Shown piece after piece: positions 62,907 to 64,000 of a stretch of DNA of 64,000 nucleotides. The DNA is taken from positions 25,654,795-25,718,794 of the forward strand of contig NC_092670.1 in assembly GCF_964355755.1 (NCBI RefSeq), given 5' to 3'. Position 1 is the stretch's first letter; every line of letters starts with the position of its first letter. The DNA is from Antedon mediterranea (lineage: Eukaryota > Animalia > Echinodermata). Below the pieces are notes generated by a model. It saw only the letters and a program-made list of their open reading frames with translations, did no database searches and was not told the origin of the DNA. The position numbers and the translations under genes were made by a program.

Positions 62907-64000
62907 TTTCATGGTATTGTTCAAACTCGGTTGGATAGCGACTCTTTAACATTCTCGGCGTGGTACGGCGGAACAGCACTAGTCCTCAGTTGTACACACG
63001 CGCAACAGAGATCAAATTGATACGCCCTCATCTTACAGTATTTTTATTCACGAGGCGGGATCTCCGAAGAGATACTTTTATATATAAACACAGTAGGCAA
63101 AGAACATCAATTGCAAACCGCCCGGCGACATACCGAAACTTAATTAATTAATTTGAAACGATAAAGATGAGGAAATCTGTGAGAGAGATTTAATAATAGG
63201 CCTAGCCTAGTCTAGGCCTATTATTAAGTATTAGTTTTAGGCCTAGCCTAGAGGTATGGTCTCTATCTAGGCTCTTGGCTAGCTAGGCCTAGTAGTAGTA
63301 TTTCAATAATTACATTATTATAGGCCCCAATTAGATCTAGCCTAGGCCCTAGCATTATGTCTTATGCCTACTAGATAGGCACCTAGGCCTAGAAGCATAG
63401 AAGACTAGCCTAGGCGCTTGCCATAAATAAAGGTCTCTGTTTGGCTGAAATATGTTTATTGTTTGCTTCCCAATAAAATGTCGGTCATGCAAGCGGTATT
63501 TAAAACGATCTTTTATCGTACCACGATAGAATCGTTAGTTACCGGTACCGTCCTAGTGTGAACGGTTCTATTGTTTTTAACTTAAGCGTGTATCGTCATA
63601 GTTATCATCGTAGGCCTAGTAGTAACAGCAGTAGCAGTGGTGTATCCAGAATGTTGAAGTCGGGGGGGGGGGGGCGGCGATTTTTTTTTTTCGTACATAA
63701 GTTGGGGACCCCCTCATGAAACGTCACAAAATAAACATGAATAATTCATCAGTTAAATTTTCTTGTTCCGTGTGCACCCAAGCGTATAGCAACAAGAAGT
63801 GATTACACAACTGCGATACGATACTTTTACAGTAGGCCTAGGATTCTAACGCCCGTATTCTTAAACCGGACTTTAGTCGTAGTTCGAAGTTCGACTTGGA
63901 AAAGTCGTAGTTCGAGCTATTACTTCAAATTCGATTCAAAAACGAAGTAGTCGAAGTTTTCAGTTCGACTTAATGAAGTCGAGCTTTTAGTCGAGTTGCA

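Larger units (their letters stand above)
62367..63185 (-). mobile_element. Tandem 366-bp tRNA-containing element (~2.25 units) next to (TA)n
   Basis: aggcaaagaacatcaatt recurs at 62367, 62733 and ~63095; units nearly identical. Confidence 0.88.

Noticed and set aside
62907-62995. Possible hammerhead (minus-strand CUGAGGA) or HDV-like fold (tcctcag loop) in the tRNA-containing unit
   Set aside because: No properly placed GAAA/stem II; the 48-kb copies have ttgaggga instead; HDV P3/P1.1 pairings are not satisfied.
62416-63151. Repeated ORFs (TTPRMLKSRYP.EFEQYHES), also at 48141-48747
   Set aside because: Chance translations of the tRNA-containing repeat; frames differ between copies.

Overview
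AT-rich, intron-containing eukaryotic DNA, most consistent with an invertebrate animal (inference; species not determinable). Five spliced protein-coding genes can be reconstructed from splice signals and recognisable translations: the 3' end of MARF1 (+, 1127-3343), a complete NDUFA3 (-, 9370-10400, absent from the ORF track), a complete 16-exon SLC38A10 (+, 12966-22293), BLOC1S1 (-, about 25011-32175), and a 5'-incomplete LRR single-pass membrane protein gene (-, 38690-54709). A frameshifted NACHT-LRR (NLR) pseudogene lies at about 5.9-8.1 kb. The rest is dense with repeats: CR1/L2-, L1/Tx1- and RTE-type LINE remnants, many nested MITEs, Helentron-like elements, a foldback element with minisatellite arms, and a Penelope-like retroelement family. 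Highlights: (i) five minimal hammerhead-ribozyme copies in the Penelope pLTRs, including a tandem pair in a BLOC1S1 intron in sense orientation; (ii) a 366-bp tandem, (TA)n-associated element carrying a full cloverleaf tRNA-like gene with an unusual ATC anticodon and Pol III terminator; (iii) a 7-fold tandem duplication of an SLC38A10 splice acceptor that creates AG-[12 nt]-GT pseudo-microexons; (iv) TAGGCCTA/CTAG clusters near gene 5' ends. All calls were made by eye; no database searches were run.
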